A DNA stretch of 64,000 bases, from assembly GCA_965223845.1 (NCBI GenBank), contig CBDCXR010000004.1:7168001-7232000 (forward strand). Direction: 5' to 3'. The position numbers and the translations under genes are program-made. The DNA comes from Planctomycetota bacterium (GTDB lineage Bacteria; Planctomycetota; UBA8108; SXIK01). The notes under the pieces were generated by a model. That model did not search any database and was not told where the DNA came from. It saw nothing but the letters and a program-made list of their open reading frames with translations. Shown one piece after another: positions 49,345 to 59,435 of this stretch. Position 1 is the first letter of the stretch. Every line of letters begins with the position of its first letter.

Positions 49345-52300
49345 CTAGAGAACCGGCGAGCGCTCTTCCTGCCCCCGCGCTCCCAGGTTGCCGTAGCGGT
49401 GATAGTCTCGGCTGATGCTCTGCTCGCGCAGGTACCAGAGGAGCTCGATCCGACCGTGCGCGAGTACCGGCTCGCGCGCGACGAAGATGCCCGCCCGCTC
49501 CCCGGCCGCCGCAAGCACTCCGCCGGGGGCGCGCTCGGGCTGCGCATAGCGGATGCGGTCCGTCTGTCCGCCCCGAATCGCGTCGACGAGGTCTGCATCG
49601 TCCTCCTCGACGAACTCGATCGCCGCGGCCCAGCGCTCCGTGAGGACTTCGATTGCCGAGAGGGCCGCGCTCTCGGAGCCGGGCGGGAGGCTCACGGTCG
49701 AACGACAACCTGCGGCGCGCGCGGCCGCCACGCGCGCGAAGAGCTCGAACGCGGTATCGGCTTCGTGAACGCGGATGCGCAGCGCGTCGACCGGGCGGTA
49801 GCGCCGGAGATTGTCCTGGCCGAGGAGGCGTACGTCGTCGTGAGTCCGGCCGAACTCGGTTCTCACCCAGTAGTCGTAGCTCTCGATCGCGCCGATGATC
49901 GCTTCGACCTCGGCCGGTGCGAACTCTCCGGGGGAGCGCAGATGCTCGGCCATCTCGCGGCGAAGTCCCGCGAGAAGCGGATCGTCGATCTCTTCGCTCC
50001 GCGGTGAACCGCCGGAACTCCGAAAGTTCATGAGCTGAGCGACGTAGTTCGGACCGCCCACCTTGATCCCCGGTCCGAACCCCGATTTCCCCATCCCGCC
50101 GAACGGCTGACGACTCACGATCGCACCGGTCGTCACGCGATTGATGTACAGATTGCCGGCGCGGATTCCCTCGAGCCACTGCGCCTGCTCGCGATCATCG
50201 AGGCTCTCGAGACCCGAGGTGAGGCCGTAACCCGTCTGATTCGCGAGCGCGACCGCGTCGCGGAGGTGGCGCGCGCGCATGACTCCGAGCACGGGCCCGA
50301 AGAACTCCGTCAGATGGGTGAAGCTGTCGGGCGACACATCCCACTTCACTCCCGGGGAGTAGAGGCGCGGATTGCCTTCGCGCTGCCGCGGCCGCACGGC
50401 CCAGCTTTCTCCCGATTCCAGCTCCTTGAGCGCGGTCTCGAGCTCGCCGCGGGGCGGGCGGATCATCGGATTCACCCGCGTCTCGAGATCCCACGCCGAA
50501 CCGACCGCGAGACTCGTCACCGCGTCGCAGAGCGTTCGACGAAACTCTTCGTCCGCGTAGACTTCCTCTTCGAGGATGAGGAGCGACGTCGCGGAGCATT
50601 TCTGACCCGCGTGACCGAACGCCGATTGCACGACGTGACGGATCGCGAGCTCGCGATCCGCGAGCGCGGTCACGATCGTCGCGTTCTTTCCGCCGGTCTC
50701 CGCGATGAGATGCATCGCCGGTCGCGCGTTGAGCATGGCGAGCGCAGTCGCGGTCCCGCCGGTGAGGATGACGCAATCGACGTCTGGATGGGACACCATC
50801 TCCGCGCCGATCGTCGATCCGCCGCCCGCGATGAACTGGAGGGCGCGGCGAGGAACCCCGGCGCGCCAGAAGCACTCGCAGAGAAGTGCACCGACCAGCA
50901 CCGCGTCGGATGCGGGCTTGAGGATCACCGTGTTCCCTGCGGCGAGCGCCGCCGCGACACCGCCACACGGTATCGCGAGCGGGAAGTTCCACGGCGGGAC
51001 GACCATCGCGACGCCCTTCCCGGTCACGTCGAGTCCCTCGAGTTGCGAAAGCTCGGCTGCGGAACGCCCGTAGTACTCGAGAAAATCCACGGCCTCGGAG
51101 ACTTCCGGGTCGGCCTCGACGATCGTCTTCCCGCCCTCTGCCATGCACGCGCCGATGAGATCTCCGCGCGCGGCTCGCACCTCGTTCGCCACTTGCGCAA
51201 GGCGGGCCGCACGCTCTTCGACCGGGAGTGCGCGCCACGCGTCCGCGTCCTCGCGCGCGCAGCGGATCGCGCGCGCCGCATCGTCGCTCGTCGCCTGCGC
51301 ACAGCGCGCGACGACGACCCCGGGGCGGGAGGGATCTTCGGAATCGCGAAGCTCTCGCCCTTCGGCGATGGATTCGCCGTCGATGACGATCGGCAGAATT
51401 CGCGCACGGTCACCGCAGCGGGGCTTCCACTCGCGGACGATTCGCTCGGCCCACGCCACGTTCGCCGGGAGCGAAAAGTCGGTGTCGGGCTCGTTCGAGA
51501 ACGTCGAGAGTTCGAGCGGTGAGGACAAGTCCGGTCTTTCGCCCGCTCGCTCCTCAGCGGCACGGTCTTGGGTCCGGCGCGGAGTCGCCGGCAGATCGTC
51601 GATGACTTCGAATGCTCGGTAAAAATCGGTCTCGAGCGCCTCCCATTCGTTCGAGCCGACTTCGAGCTTGAACGCGTGCCGGAGAAAATTGTCCGGCCCC
51701 GTGTTCTCGTCGAGGCGACGGACGAGGTAGCCGATCGCGTGGATGAAGTCTTCTCGTCGCGTCGCGGGAGCATAGAGAAGAAGACTCTCGGTGATCTCTT
51801 GCAAGGCGCGTCGCTGGTGGTTCGCCATCCCTTCGAGCATCTCGAACTGCACGCGATGGATCGCGTCACGCTCGACGGCGAGCACGAGACCGTACGCGAC
51901 GTCGAAGAGATTGTGCGACGCGACGCCGAGTCGGATCGCGCCGGCGTATTCTGGATCGAGTCCCTCGTGAAGCATGCGCTTGTAGTTGGCATCGACTTCG
52001 ATCTTCGTGCGATATGGTGCTTGCGGCCAACCGGCGATCGATGCCTCGACGCGTTCCATTTCCATATTGGCGCCTTTGACGACGCGGATCGTCACGGGAG
52101 CGCCTCCGCGTGCGACGCGCTTGCTCGCCCACTCATGAATTCGCCGCTGGACGGGGATCGCGTCGGGCAGATAGGCCTGGAGCGCAATTCCTGCGCTGAC
52201 GTGCTCGAGACCGGGACGGTCGAGGGTCTCCATGAACGCCCGCGCGGTGACCTCCATATCCCGGTACTCTTCCATGTCGAGGTAGACGAACTTGGGTACC

Positions 52301-53040
52301 TCGGTTCCGTCTCGCCGGCGAAAGCGCTCTTTCGCCGCTGCGCGGTAGAGCAACTCCAGGCGATTGCTGAGAACACCGATGGTGTGCTCGAGGGCAACGG
52401 CCGAGATCTGCGAGTAAAGCGTGGAAACCTTGACCGAGATCACCTCGATCTCGGGAAGCTGCAGCGCGGCGAGATAGTTCTCGAGCCTCTGCTCGGCTTC
52501 GGCTTCCCCGAGCAGGGCTTCTCCGAGCAGGTTGACGTTCATCCGGATGCCAGCGGCATTGCGCGCGGCGAGATGGCGCGCGAGGTGATCTCTCTCCGCG
52601 GGAAGGACGACGTTCGCCGTCTCCTCGCGCATCTTGTCTTTGACGAGCGGTACGGCCACGCCCGGAAGGTAGTTGCCGAACGATTGGAATCCTTTGAGGA
52701 GCGCCCGGTCGAACGGGCTGAAGAACCGCGGAACGCCTTGCACGTCGAGGATATGAGTGAGCTGGTCTGCGGCCCGCTCCGGATTCTCCGAACGAAACGC
52801 CTGATCGGTCATCTCGATCAGGGTCACCTTGTCCGCGTTCGAGGCCATCATGCGCTCGAGCTCCGCCTGCTGGCGGCGTTCCTGCGGGGTCTGGAGTTCC
52901 GCGGCACGCGTTTGAAGCAGACGAGCGAGCGCGGTGGCCTTCGTCGCCGCCGGCGGTAGACGAGACTGCGGATCCACGGTCGCTCCGCTCAGGATCTCGT
53001 CGAGGCGCTGGCGGAGAGGGGTGTCGGTGGGATCGGCCAT
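49345..53040 (-). CDS. putA: Bifunctional proline dehydrogenase / P5C dehydrogenase
   Basis: PRODH motifs LLGE, DMEEY, QAY, RVVKGA, ASHN and YLVRRLDEN; ALDH motifs PWNFP, ETGGKN, GQKCSA and EFFGP. Confidence 0.95.
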   Translation of the reverse strand: MADPTDTPLRQRLDEILSGATVDPQSRLPPAATKATALARLLQTRAAELQTPQERRQQAELERMMASNADKVTLIEMTDQAFRSENPERAADQLTHILDVQGVPRFFSPFDRALLKGFQSFGNYLPGVAVPLVKDKMREETANVVLPAERDHLARHLAARNAAGIRMNVNLLGEALLGEAEAEQRLENYLAALQLPEIEVISVKVSTLYSQISAVALEHTIGVLSNRLELLYRAAAKERFRRRDGTEVPKFVYLDMEEYRDMEVTARAFMETLDRPGLEHVSAGIALQAYLPDAIPVQRRIHEWASKRVARGGAPVTIRVVKGANMEMERVEASIAGWPQAPYRTKIEVDANYKRMLHEGLDPEYAGAIRLGVASHNLFDVAYGLVLAVERDAIHRVQFEMLEGMANHQRRALQEITESLLLYAPATRREDFIHAIGYLVRRLDENTGPDNFLRHAFKLEVGSNEWEALETDFYRAFEVIDDLPATPRRTQDRAAEERAGERPDLSSPLELSTFSNEPDTDFSLPANVAWAERIVREWKPRCGDRARILPIVIDGESIAEGRELRDSEDPSRPGVVVARCAQATSDDAARAIRCAREDADAWRALPVEERAARLAQVANEVRAARGDLIGACMAEGGKTIVEADPEVSEAVDFLEYYGRSAAELSQLEGLDVTGKGVAMVVPPWNFPLAIPCGGVAAALAAGNTVILKPASDAVLVGALLCECFWRAGVPRRALQFIAGGGSTIGAEMVSHPDVDCVILTGGTATALAMLNARPAMHLIAETGGKNATIVTALADRELAIRHVVQSAFGHAGQKCSATSLLILEEEVYADEEFRRTLCDAVTSLAVGSAWDLETRVNPMIRPPRGELETALKELESGESWAVRPRQREGNPRLYSPGVKWDVSPDSFTHLTEFFGPVLGVMRARHLRDAVALANQTGYGLTSGLESLDDREQAQWLEGIRAGNLYINRVTTGAIVSRQPFGGMGKSGFGPGIKVGGPNYVAQLMNFRSSGGSPRSEEIDDPLLAGLRREMAEHLRSPGEFAPAEVEAIIGAIESYDYWVRTEFGRTHDDVRLLGQDNLRRYRPVDALRIRVHEADTAFELFARVAAARAAGCRSTVSLPPGSESAALSAIEVLTERWAAAIEFVEEDDADLVDAIRGGQTDRIRYAQPERAPGGVLAAAGERAGIFVAREPVLAHGRIELLWYLREQSISRDYHRYGNLGARGQEERSPVL

Positions 53041-53143
53041 GGTTCACCTCGAACAGATTCACACGAAGTGCGCGAGCAAAGACGAAGAAGTGATGATTTG
53101 AGGAGCGTAGCACGCCGCGAGGTGTTCTGGCATCGTAGTGATC

Positions 53144-53620
53144 ATGGAAGCACGGAACTTCAGCATCCGCACCGCTCGCCCGGAGGACGTCGATACGCTC
53201 GCCCGATTCAACGCGGAGCTCGCACGGGAGACGGAGTCGCTCGCACTCGATCCGGACGTGGTCCAGCGTGGCGTGCGCGCCGTGATCGACGATGCGAGCC
53301 TCGGCTCCTACTACGTCGCCGAATCGAGTGGTCGCGTCGTCGGCGCTCTCATGACGACATCGGAGTGGAGCGACTGGCGCTGCGCCAAGTACGTCTGGAT
53401 CCAGAGCGTGTTCGTCGAGCCGATGTTTCGCGGGCGCGGCGCGTTCAGTGCGCTCTACGCGCACGTCGACTCCCTCGTGCGCGCGGACGATGCGCTCTGC
53501 GGTCTTCGTCTCTACGTCCACGCCGAGAATGCGCGCGCGACGTCGACCTACGAGCGACTCGGGATGCGCCACTACGGCTACCGCGTCCTCGAAACTCCGG
53601 ACGTCCTCCGGCCGGACTGA
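53144..53620 (+). CDS. GNAT N-acetyltransferase
   Basis: EWSDWR, WIQSVFV.P.FRGRG and LRLYV..EN..A...Y motifs. Confidence 0.9.
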   Translation: MEARNFSIRTARPEDVDTLARFNAELARETESLALDPDVVQRGVRAVIDDASLGSYYVAESSGRVVGALMTTSEWSDWRCAKYVWIQSVFVEPMFRGRGAFSALYAHVDSLVRADDALCGLRLYVHAENARATSTYERLGMRHYGYRVLETPDVLRPD

Positions 53621-53638
53621 GATCGTTCCCCGCCCCGA

Positions 53639-56600
53639 TCAGTTCGCCGTGAGACCGAGCGCTTCGAGAAGCTTCCGCGCGTTCTCGTTCGCTGGATTCT
53701 CGGCGAGCGCCGCGCGGTAAGCCTCGGCGGCGCGCTCTCGATCGCCGGCGCGTTCGAGAGTGAATCCGCGATTCTGAAGGATCTGGCTCCGCACGGCCTT
53801 GTCGGTCGCCAAGCTCAGCGCACGCTCGAGCTCGCGCAGTCCTTCGGCCGACCTTCCACTCGCGGCGTAGAGGGTTCCGAGGAGCTGCGCGCGGCGTGCG
53901 TCTTTCGGGTGCGCGGCGACATCCTTCTCGACGAGCGGGATCGCTCGCCCGGGACGCTGGACCGACAGCCAGAGTTGTCCGTGCTTCATCGGCGCCTCGG
54001 GATCCGCGTGGGCGAACGGCAGCGCGGCTTCGAGCCAGCGCAAGCGTCCGTCGCCGCTCTGCTTCGAGGCGAAGATGAGGTATTGCCGGGAGATCGTACC
54101 CGCGAGCGTCGGCGACGGCGAAATTCCGAACGTCTTCGCGGCGATGGCATTTGCTCGCTTCTCGAGCCACGGATCGCGACCTACACGAAGGCTCGCCTCC
54201 ACGTGGACGAGGCTGTCCATGATGCCCTGCGCGGCTCGGAGGAGGCGCGGGTCGTTGAGTGGCTTCCCCGCCCGGCGGAGCCGCGCGACCTCGTCGGCGA
54301 GGTGGTCCTCGGCGACACGCACGCGCTCGAAGCGAAGAAACGCCTCCTGGAGGGTGTCGCTTCGAGCGATCGTTTCGGGCGCGACACCGGAGATCCAGGT
54401 CGCGTTCGTCAGCTCGGCGCGTCCGGCCTGCGTGAGCGCGCCGTAGGCGTCCCAGGTATGGCCGTAGAGACCGTGCGGGCAGGAGAACTCGAGGACGGGA
54501 AAGTTGTCGCTGTTCGCAACGCCCGCACCCGCGAAACGCCGAAGACCCGCCGTGTCGAGCCGAAAGTGCTTCAGGAAGGTCGCGGTATCGGTCACGCCGA
54601 GATTGGCGAGGTCGTTGGCGATCTCCGGATTGGCTAGACTCGCGGCGAAGCGCGCCTGGTCGAACGTCACCGGCGCAAGGCTCCCGATCAGCATGCAATC
54701 GAGACCGAAGTCCCAGAGCTGCGCGTGCTCGCCGAAGACCATCGAGAATGTCCGCGCCACCGTACGGAAATCCTCATCGCGCATATTGATCTTGTGGATC
54801 CAGTTGCAGAGGATTCCGCCCTCGGCGAGCCGAGCGCGGCAGGCTTCGAAGAACTCGACGGTGAACAGGTTGCCGATGCCGGCGATCCACGGGTTCGACG
54901 GAACGGAAGTGATCACGTCGAACATTTGGTCCGTGTACTCGATGTGGTTACGGCCGTCACCGACGACGTGGCGGACGATCGAGTTTGTGATCGCCCCTCG
55001 ATTCACTCCGGCGAAGTACTCCCCGGCGGCATCGACGACCTCGGGGGAGATCTCGAGGCTGTCGATGGCCTCGACCTCGGGGTAGAGCGTGAGCGTGCCG
55101 AGCGTGACGCCGCCGCCGAGCCCGAGCGTGAGGACTCGCTTCGGCTGCGGATGAAGAAGCATCGGCAAATGTCCCGCCATGATCTGGTGCGGGAGATCGT
55201 TGTTGTAGCCACCGTCGGCCGCGGCGGACGCCTCAACCTTCCCCGAGATGCGCATCGCCGTCTCGCCGGTAGCGCTGTGCCTCACGATCGCTACCGGCGC
55301 GTGCACGCCTTCCTTGTAGAGGAGGACGTCGTTGTACGCGATCACCCCGGCGGCGTAGTCGTCCTCGGCGATGACGTTGCCGTTCAGGTCGTAGTACGAG
55401 TTCTCGTAGTAAGCGTAGGCACCGCGACTGAGAAGGGACGGGTGCCAAGAAAAGTTTTCGGAGCCGAGTACGCCGGCCGGGCGAGTCGCGTATCCCCACG
55501 CTAGGACCACGACGGTGAGCCCCGCGACGATCGCGCCGCGCACGGCGACGCGTGCGGGCATAGACGACGCGAGAAGGACCAAGCCGAGAGCGAGACTGAG
55601 CCCCGCGCCGATGTAGAGGGTGGAATACACCCGCCCGAGGAGCGGGATGAGGACGAATCCTGACGTGAGCGTCCCGAGGATCGAGCCGAGCGTGTTCCAA
55701 AAATAGGCCGAGCCGACGGCGCTCCCGACGCGTTCGAGTGCACGCGTGCGGATTTTTCCGACGATCGGGAAGACCATCCCCATGAGGATGGTCGACGGTA
55801 GGATCACCGCGGAGACGATCCACACCTGCTCGAAGAGAAACTTTCCGTACGTCGGCTCGGCGATCCGGTCGAACGCGCGTGCACCGACAACCGGGAGAAA
55901 GCCGAGCTCAGGAATCGTCCACGCGACGGAGACGCCCGTCGCGAAGATCACGACGCCGAGCGCGAGTGAGAGATTCTTTACGCGGTCGATGAAGGCCGAC
56001 ACCACGCCGCCGCCGATCGCGATTCCGAGGATGAAGAGGGTCACGATCAAGCTGAACGCGTAGGTGCTGTTTCCGATCGTGAGGATGAGCGCCTTCGTCC
56101 ACGCGATTTGAAGAAGCATGTTGGCGAATCCGCTCACGCCGAAGGCGACGAGCGCCATGCGTACGGGGCCGGGAAGACGCGTTCGCGTCTCGGCTTCGCC
56201 GGAGCTCGAGGTCGGTTTCTCCTCGTGCGCCGCGACGGCGATCCGGGTTTCGTTTCGCGACAGGATCAAGATCGTCATCCCGAGACCGAGATCGACGACG
56301 ACGGCAGTGAGCGTACAGCCCCAGAGTCCGAGGAGCGGAATCGCCGCGAACCCGGCGAACGCCGCGCCGAACACGGCGCCGAGCGTGTTGACCGTGTAGA
56401 GCATGCCCACCGTCGAGCCGACTTCGTCCAGTCGACGCGTGAAGTAGCGCGCGAGCGCCGGAAGCGTCGCACCCATGAGTGTGGTCGGGACGAGGAGCAG
56501 TGCCGCGCAAAACACGATCCTCGCGGTCAGAAGGAGGGGAGCCTCCGGCCGTCCTTCGTAGTAACCGTAGAGGAAGCCGAAGATCGGGCGTCCGATGTGC

Positions 56601-56866
56601 GCGGCGAAGGGGACGAGCAGGCAAGCGATTCCGGCTGCGACCGTGATCCAGCCGTAGAGACGGAACGGGCGAGAGGCGCGGTCGGCGACTCGACCGCCGG
56701 CATAGCTGCCGATCGCGAGTCCGCCCATGAAGACCGCGACGACGATGGTGATCGAGAAGTGTGTATTCCCGATGATTCCGCCCATGAATCGCGTCCAGAG
56801 GACTTGATACATGAGTCCGGTCGTGCCCGAGAGGAAGAAGCAGGCGAGAGCAAACAGGCGAAGCAT
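53639..56866 (-). CDS. Fused multi-TM (MFS-like) / spermidine synthase-like protein with C-terminal TPRs
   Basis: Duplicated TM unit (FFLSG..GL.YQV.W...GN and SGFA..LQI.W...GNSTY), LGLGGG.T, GDGRNH and PSNPW motifs, then TPRs. Confidence 0.88.
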   Translation of the reverse strand: MLRLFALACFFLSGTTGLMYQVLWTRFMGGIIGNTHFSITIVVAVFMGGLAIGSYAGGRVADRASRPFRLYGWITVAAGIACLLVPFAAHIGRPIFGFLYGYYEGRPEAPLLLTARIVFCAALLLVPTTLMGATLPALARYFTRRLDEVGSTVGMLYTVNTLGAVFGAAFAGFAAIPLLGLWGCTLTAVVVDLGLGMTILILSRNETRIAVAAHEEKPTSSSGEAETRTRLPGPVRMALVAFGVSGFANMLLQIAWTKALILTIGNSTYAFSLIVTLFILGIAIGGGVVSAFIDRVKNLSLALGVVIFATGVSVAWTIPELGFLPVVGARAFDRIAEPTYGKFLFEQVWIVSAVILPSTILMGMVFPIVGKIRTRALERVGSAVGSAYFWNTLGSILGTLTSGFVLIPLLGRVYSTLYIGAGLSLALGLVLLASSMPARVAVRGAIVAGLTVVVLAWGYATRPAGVLGSENFSWHPSLLSRGAYAYYENSYYDLNGNVIAEDDYAAGVIAYNDVLLYKEGVHAPVAIVRHSATGETAMRISGKVEASAAADGGYNNDLPHQIMAGHLPMLLHPQPKRVLTLGLGGGVTLGTLTLYPEVEAIDSLEISPEVVDAAGEYFAGVNRGAITNSIVRHVVGDGRNHIEYTDQMFDVITSVPSNPWIAGIGNLFTVEFFEACRARLAEGGILCNWIHKINMRDEDFRTVARTFSMVFGEHAQLWDFGLDCMLIGSLAPVTFDQARFAASLANPEIANDLANLGVTDTATFLKHFRLDTAGLRRFAGAGVANSDNFPVLEFSCPHGLYGHTWDAYGALTQAGRAELTNATWISGVAPETIARSDTLQEAFLRFERVRVAEDHLADEVARLRRAGKPLNDPRLLRAAQGIMDSLVHVEASLRVGRDPWLEKRANAIAAKTFGISPSPTLAGTISRQYLIFASKQSGDGRLRWLEAALPFAHADPEAPMKHGQLWLSVQRPGRAIPLVEKDVAAHPKDARRAQLLGTLYAASGRSAEGLRELERALSLATDKAVRSQILQNRGFTLERAGDRERAAEAYRAALAENPANENARKLLEALGLTAN

Positions 56867-57100
56867 GAATCCCCGAGGCGGAAGCCGATCGGCGCGCGTC
56901 GAACAGCAGTCCGGGCGAACGCGGTTCGGGATCGCCGGGACACGAACCGGCTATCATAGCACGCGCAACCGGCCGTCTCGTCCGGAGAGCGGACAAGAAC
57001 ATCGGGGCCGGCCGGAATCTGGCGCGTGATTTGCGCGAGCGATCGAGATCCGCTCGGGACGGCGTTCTCGGCGCCCCCGGCTCGCCGCGATCGTCGGGAA

Positions 57101-57141
57101 CGGGTCCCTGAACAAGCGCGACGCGCCCGTTCAGGGACCCG
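57101..57141 (-). terminator. Perfect 13-bp hairpin immediately after the LuxR gene
   Basis: CGGGTCCCTGAAC pairs with GTTCAGGGACCCG, 5 nt past the stop codon. Confidence 0.6.
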
Positions 57142-57146
57142 CGACC

Positions 57147-57581
57147 TTACCCGTAAAACGAAAGCGCGTGCTGCGCGAGCGCGGTGCGGCTCTTGATGCG
57201 CAGCTTCGTAAAAATCGTTCGGAGATGAGCGGCGACGGTCGCGGGGCTGATCTCGAGGTCGTCGGCGATCTTCCGGTTCGACATGCCCTGAGCGACGCGC
57301 AGCGCGATCTCGCGCTGACGACCCGTCAGCGTCTCGTCGGGGAGCAACTTGATGCGGGTGAGTACGTAGGTGTAGCCCTCGTGGTCGAACTCGGCGACCT
57401 TGAGTTGGGTCTGATCGGGGAGCGCCGTCAGCGAGTGTCGTCCGCCCTTCGAGAAACGCTTCAGAACGCGCGTTACGGACGATTTGATCTCGGGCTCGAG
57501 CTTCACCAGGATCGGATTCGGGGCGGGTTTTCTAGGCGCGCTCGTTCGCCGTTTAGTCTTCCGTTTGCGTCGTGTGGCCAC
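57147..57581 (-). CDS. Stand-alone LuxR-type HTH regulator with basic N-terminus
   Basis: LTGRQREIA..VAQGMSNRKIA..LEISPATV..HL..IF.KL; GAGGA SD before GTG 57581. Confidence 0.85.
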   Translation of the reverse strand: MATRRKRKTKRRTSAPRKPAPNPILVKLEPEIKSSVTRVLKRFSKGGRHSLTALPDQTQLKVAEFDHEGYTYVLTRIKLLPDETLTGRQREIALRVAQGMSNRKIADDLEISPATVAAHLRTIFTKLRIKSRTALAQHALSFYG

Positions 57582-58077
57582 GCTAACATCCTCGCTCAGA
57601 CAACTTGCGTCAGGGTGCCCGCTGACGAGTGGTGATTCGCCGGACCCGAAACGAATCCAAGCCAATGCGCCTTTGGGACTTGTTCCACCCCGAACTGGAG
57701 TACAAGTCCGCCGCCCCCGAGCTTTCGCGGCCGTTCCTCGAAGCTCCGGTCCCCCGGACGTTTACGGTTTTGTTGGTGATCTGTTTTAAGGGGTCCTACG
57801 GCGAACTCCGGCGAGACCGCCGTGTACTCTGTTTAGAGCACACTCGACGTCTGAGGGCCACACTTTTTCGCCGGGAGATGTTTTCGGTCGTTCGGAGGAG
57901 TCAGAAACGGTGGGTGTCTCGATTCGGACGTCCTGCTTCGAACGATCCGCGTCGTTTGAAGGCGACGTTCGACGCAAGCGTCGGCGAAATTGCGATGGAG
58001 CAAACGCGTCTTTGTCGACGTCTGATCCGCGACCAACTGCGACGGCGACGGGCGTTGTTCATCGATGAATGTTTCGC

Positions 58078-59322
58078 CTACGTAGTCCGGTCGGACTCGC
58101 GAGCGAGACGGGAAGTCGAACCATCGCTTCGCGCCGAGCGCCGCGGTGCCTGGACGAACGCCGCGATCGCGTTCGCGATCTCGCGACGGAATCGCGGGAG
58201 GGAAAACTCCTCGGCGCGCCGCCGGAGTCGGCGTGGATCGAACTCTCCTTCGACGCGCTCGAGTGCGGCCATCGCATCCGCGAGAGCGTCGGCGTCCGAT
58301 GGCTCATCGAAGAACACTCCGGTCGGCCCGTCCGGGCCGTCTCGAACGACCGTCTCCAGCGCTCCGCCGCGCGCGAGCGCGATCACGGGTCGCCCTGCCG
58401 CCATCGCTTCGAGCGGCGTGATGCCGAAGTCCTCCTCGCCGGGGAGGACGAGCGCGCGGCAACGTGCCATGCGCTCAGCGACCTCGCGGTCCGAAACCCA
58501 GCCGAGAAAGCGAACGGTCGGGCCGGCCAACCGGCGAAGGCGTCCCTCCTCCGTGCCGCGGCCGACGATCGCGAGACGGCGTCCGGTCCGATTGCACGCC
58601 TCTATGGCGAGGTCGACTCGCTTGTAGGGAACCAGCGCCGATACGATCAGATACTCGTCCGTCGTCTCCTCTGCCGGGGAGAATCGATCGAGATCGACCG
58701 GTGGGTAAATCACTCGGCTCGGGAACCCATAGGTGTCCTCGATCCTCGATTTCACGCACTGGGAAATCGCGATGTACTCGTCCGGATGGCGACTTCGATC
58801 CCATCGGCGCAGGCGTCGCAGCACGCGCTCGATCGACCACCGCATCGCTCGGTTGTAGCGATTCGCTCCGAAGTACGCTTCGCCTTGCGTCCAAAGATAC
58901 CGCATCGGAGTGAAGCAATAGGAGAGATGCGGCGCGTCGCTCGCGTTTCCCGCGCCTTTCGCGACGCAGTGGCTGAGCGAGAGAATGAGATCGTAGCCGC
59001 GAAGATCGAAGCTCTCCACCGCGCGCGGAAAGAACGGCAAGTAGTAGCGGTACGCGCGTCCGATCGCCGGAAAATCCTGAAGAAAGCTCGTTCGAACTCC
59101 GCCTCCCTCGATCGATCGCGAAACGCTCTCGGGAACATGGAACAGAGTGTAAAGATCAGCGTGGGGATAGAGCTCGCGGTAGACTTCGAGGCATCGCTCA
59201 CCACCACGCATCCCGGTCAACCAGTCGTGGACGAGAGCGATGCGGAGCGGACGCAGTTCCGCCGCGATCTCCTTCGCGGCCGCCGTGCTCGCATCCGCAC
59301 ATCGATCGAACGCTCGAATCAT
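58078..59322 (-). CDS. Glycosyltransferase family 4
   Basis: HDWLTGMRGGE, YCFTPMRY, SALVPYKR and EDFGITPLEAMA motifs. Confidence 0.93.
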   Translation of the reverse strand: MIRAFDRCADASTAAAKEIAAELRPLRIALVHDWLTGMRGGERCLEVYRELYPHADLYTLFHVPESVSRSIEGGGVRTSFLQDFPAIGRAYRYYLPFFPRAVESFDLRGYDLILSLSHCVAKGAGNASDAPHLSYCFTPMRYLWTQGEAYFGANRYNRAMRWSIERVLRRLRRWDRSRHPDEYIAISQCVKSRIEDTYGFPSRVIYPPVDLDRFSPAEETTDEYLIVSALVPYKRVDLAIEACNRTGRRLAIVGRGTEEGRLRRLAGPTVRFLGWVSDREVAERMARCRALVLPGEEDFGITPLEAMAAGRPVIALARGGALETVVRDGPDGPTGVFFDEPSDADALADAMAALERVEGEFDPRRLRRRAEEFSLPRFRREIANAIAAFVQAPRRSARSDGSTSRLARESDRTT

Positions 59323-59435
59323 CGCCGTCCGCCCTCTCCGGCGGTCTCACTCGACTCGCTGCGAGGCACACGCGAGCGTCGGGGCTCCGGCGCGGCACCT
59401 CCGCTCGGTTCTCGCACTGCGATCGCCCGTACGCT

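Noticed and set aside
57629-58627. 332-aa plus-strand ORF spanning the LuxR upstream region
   Set aside because: It overlaps the GT4 gene antisense, is Arg/Ser-rich and has no recognisable motif.
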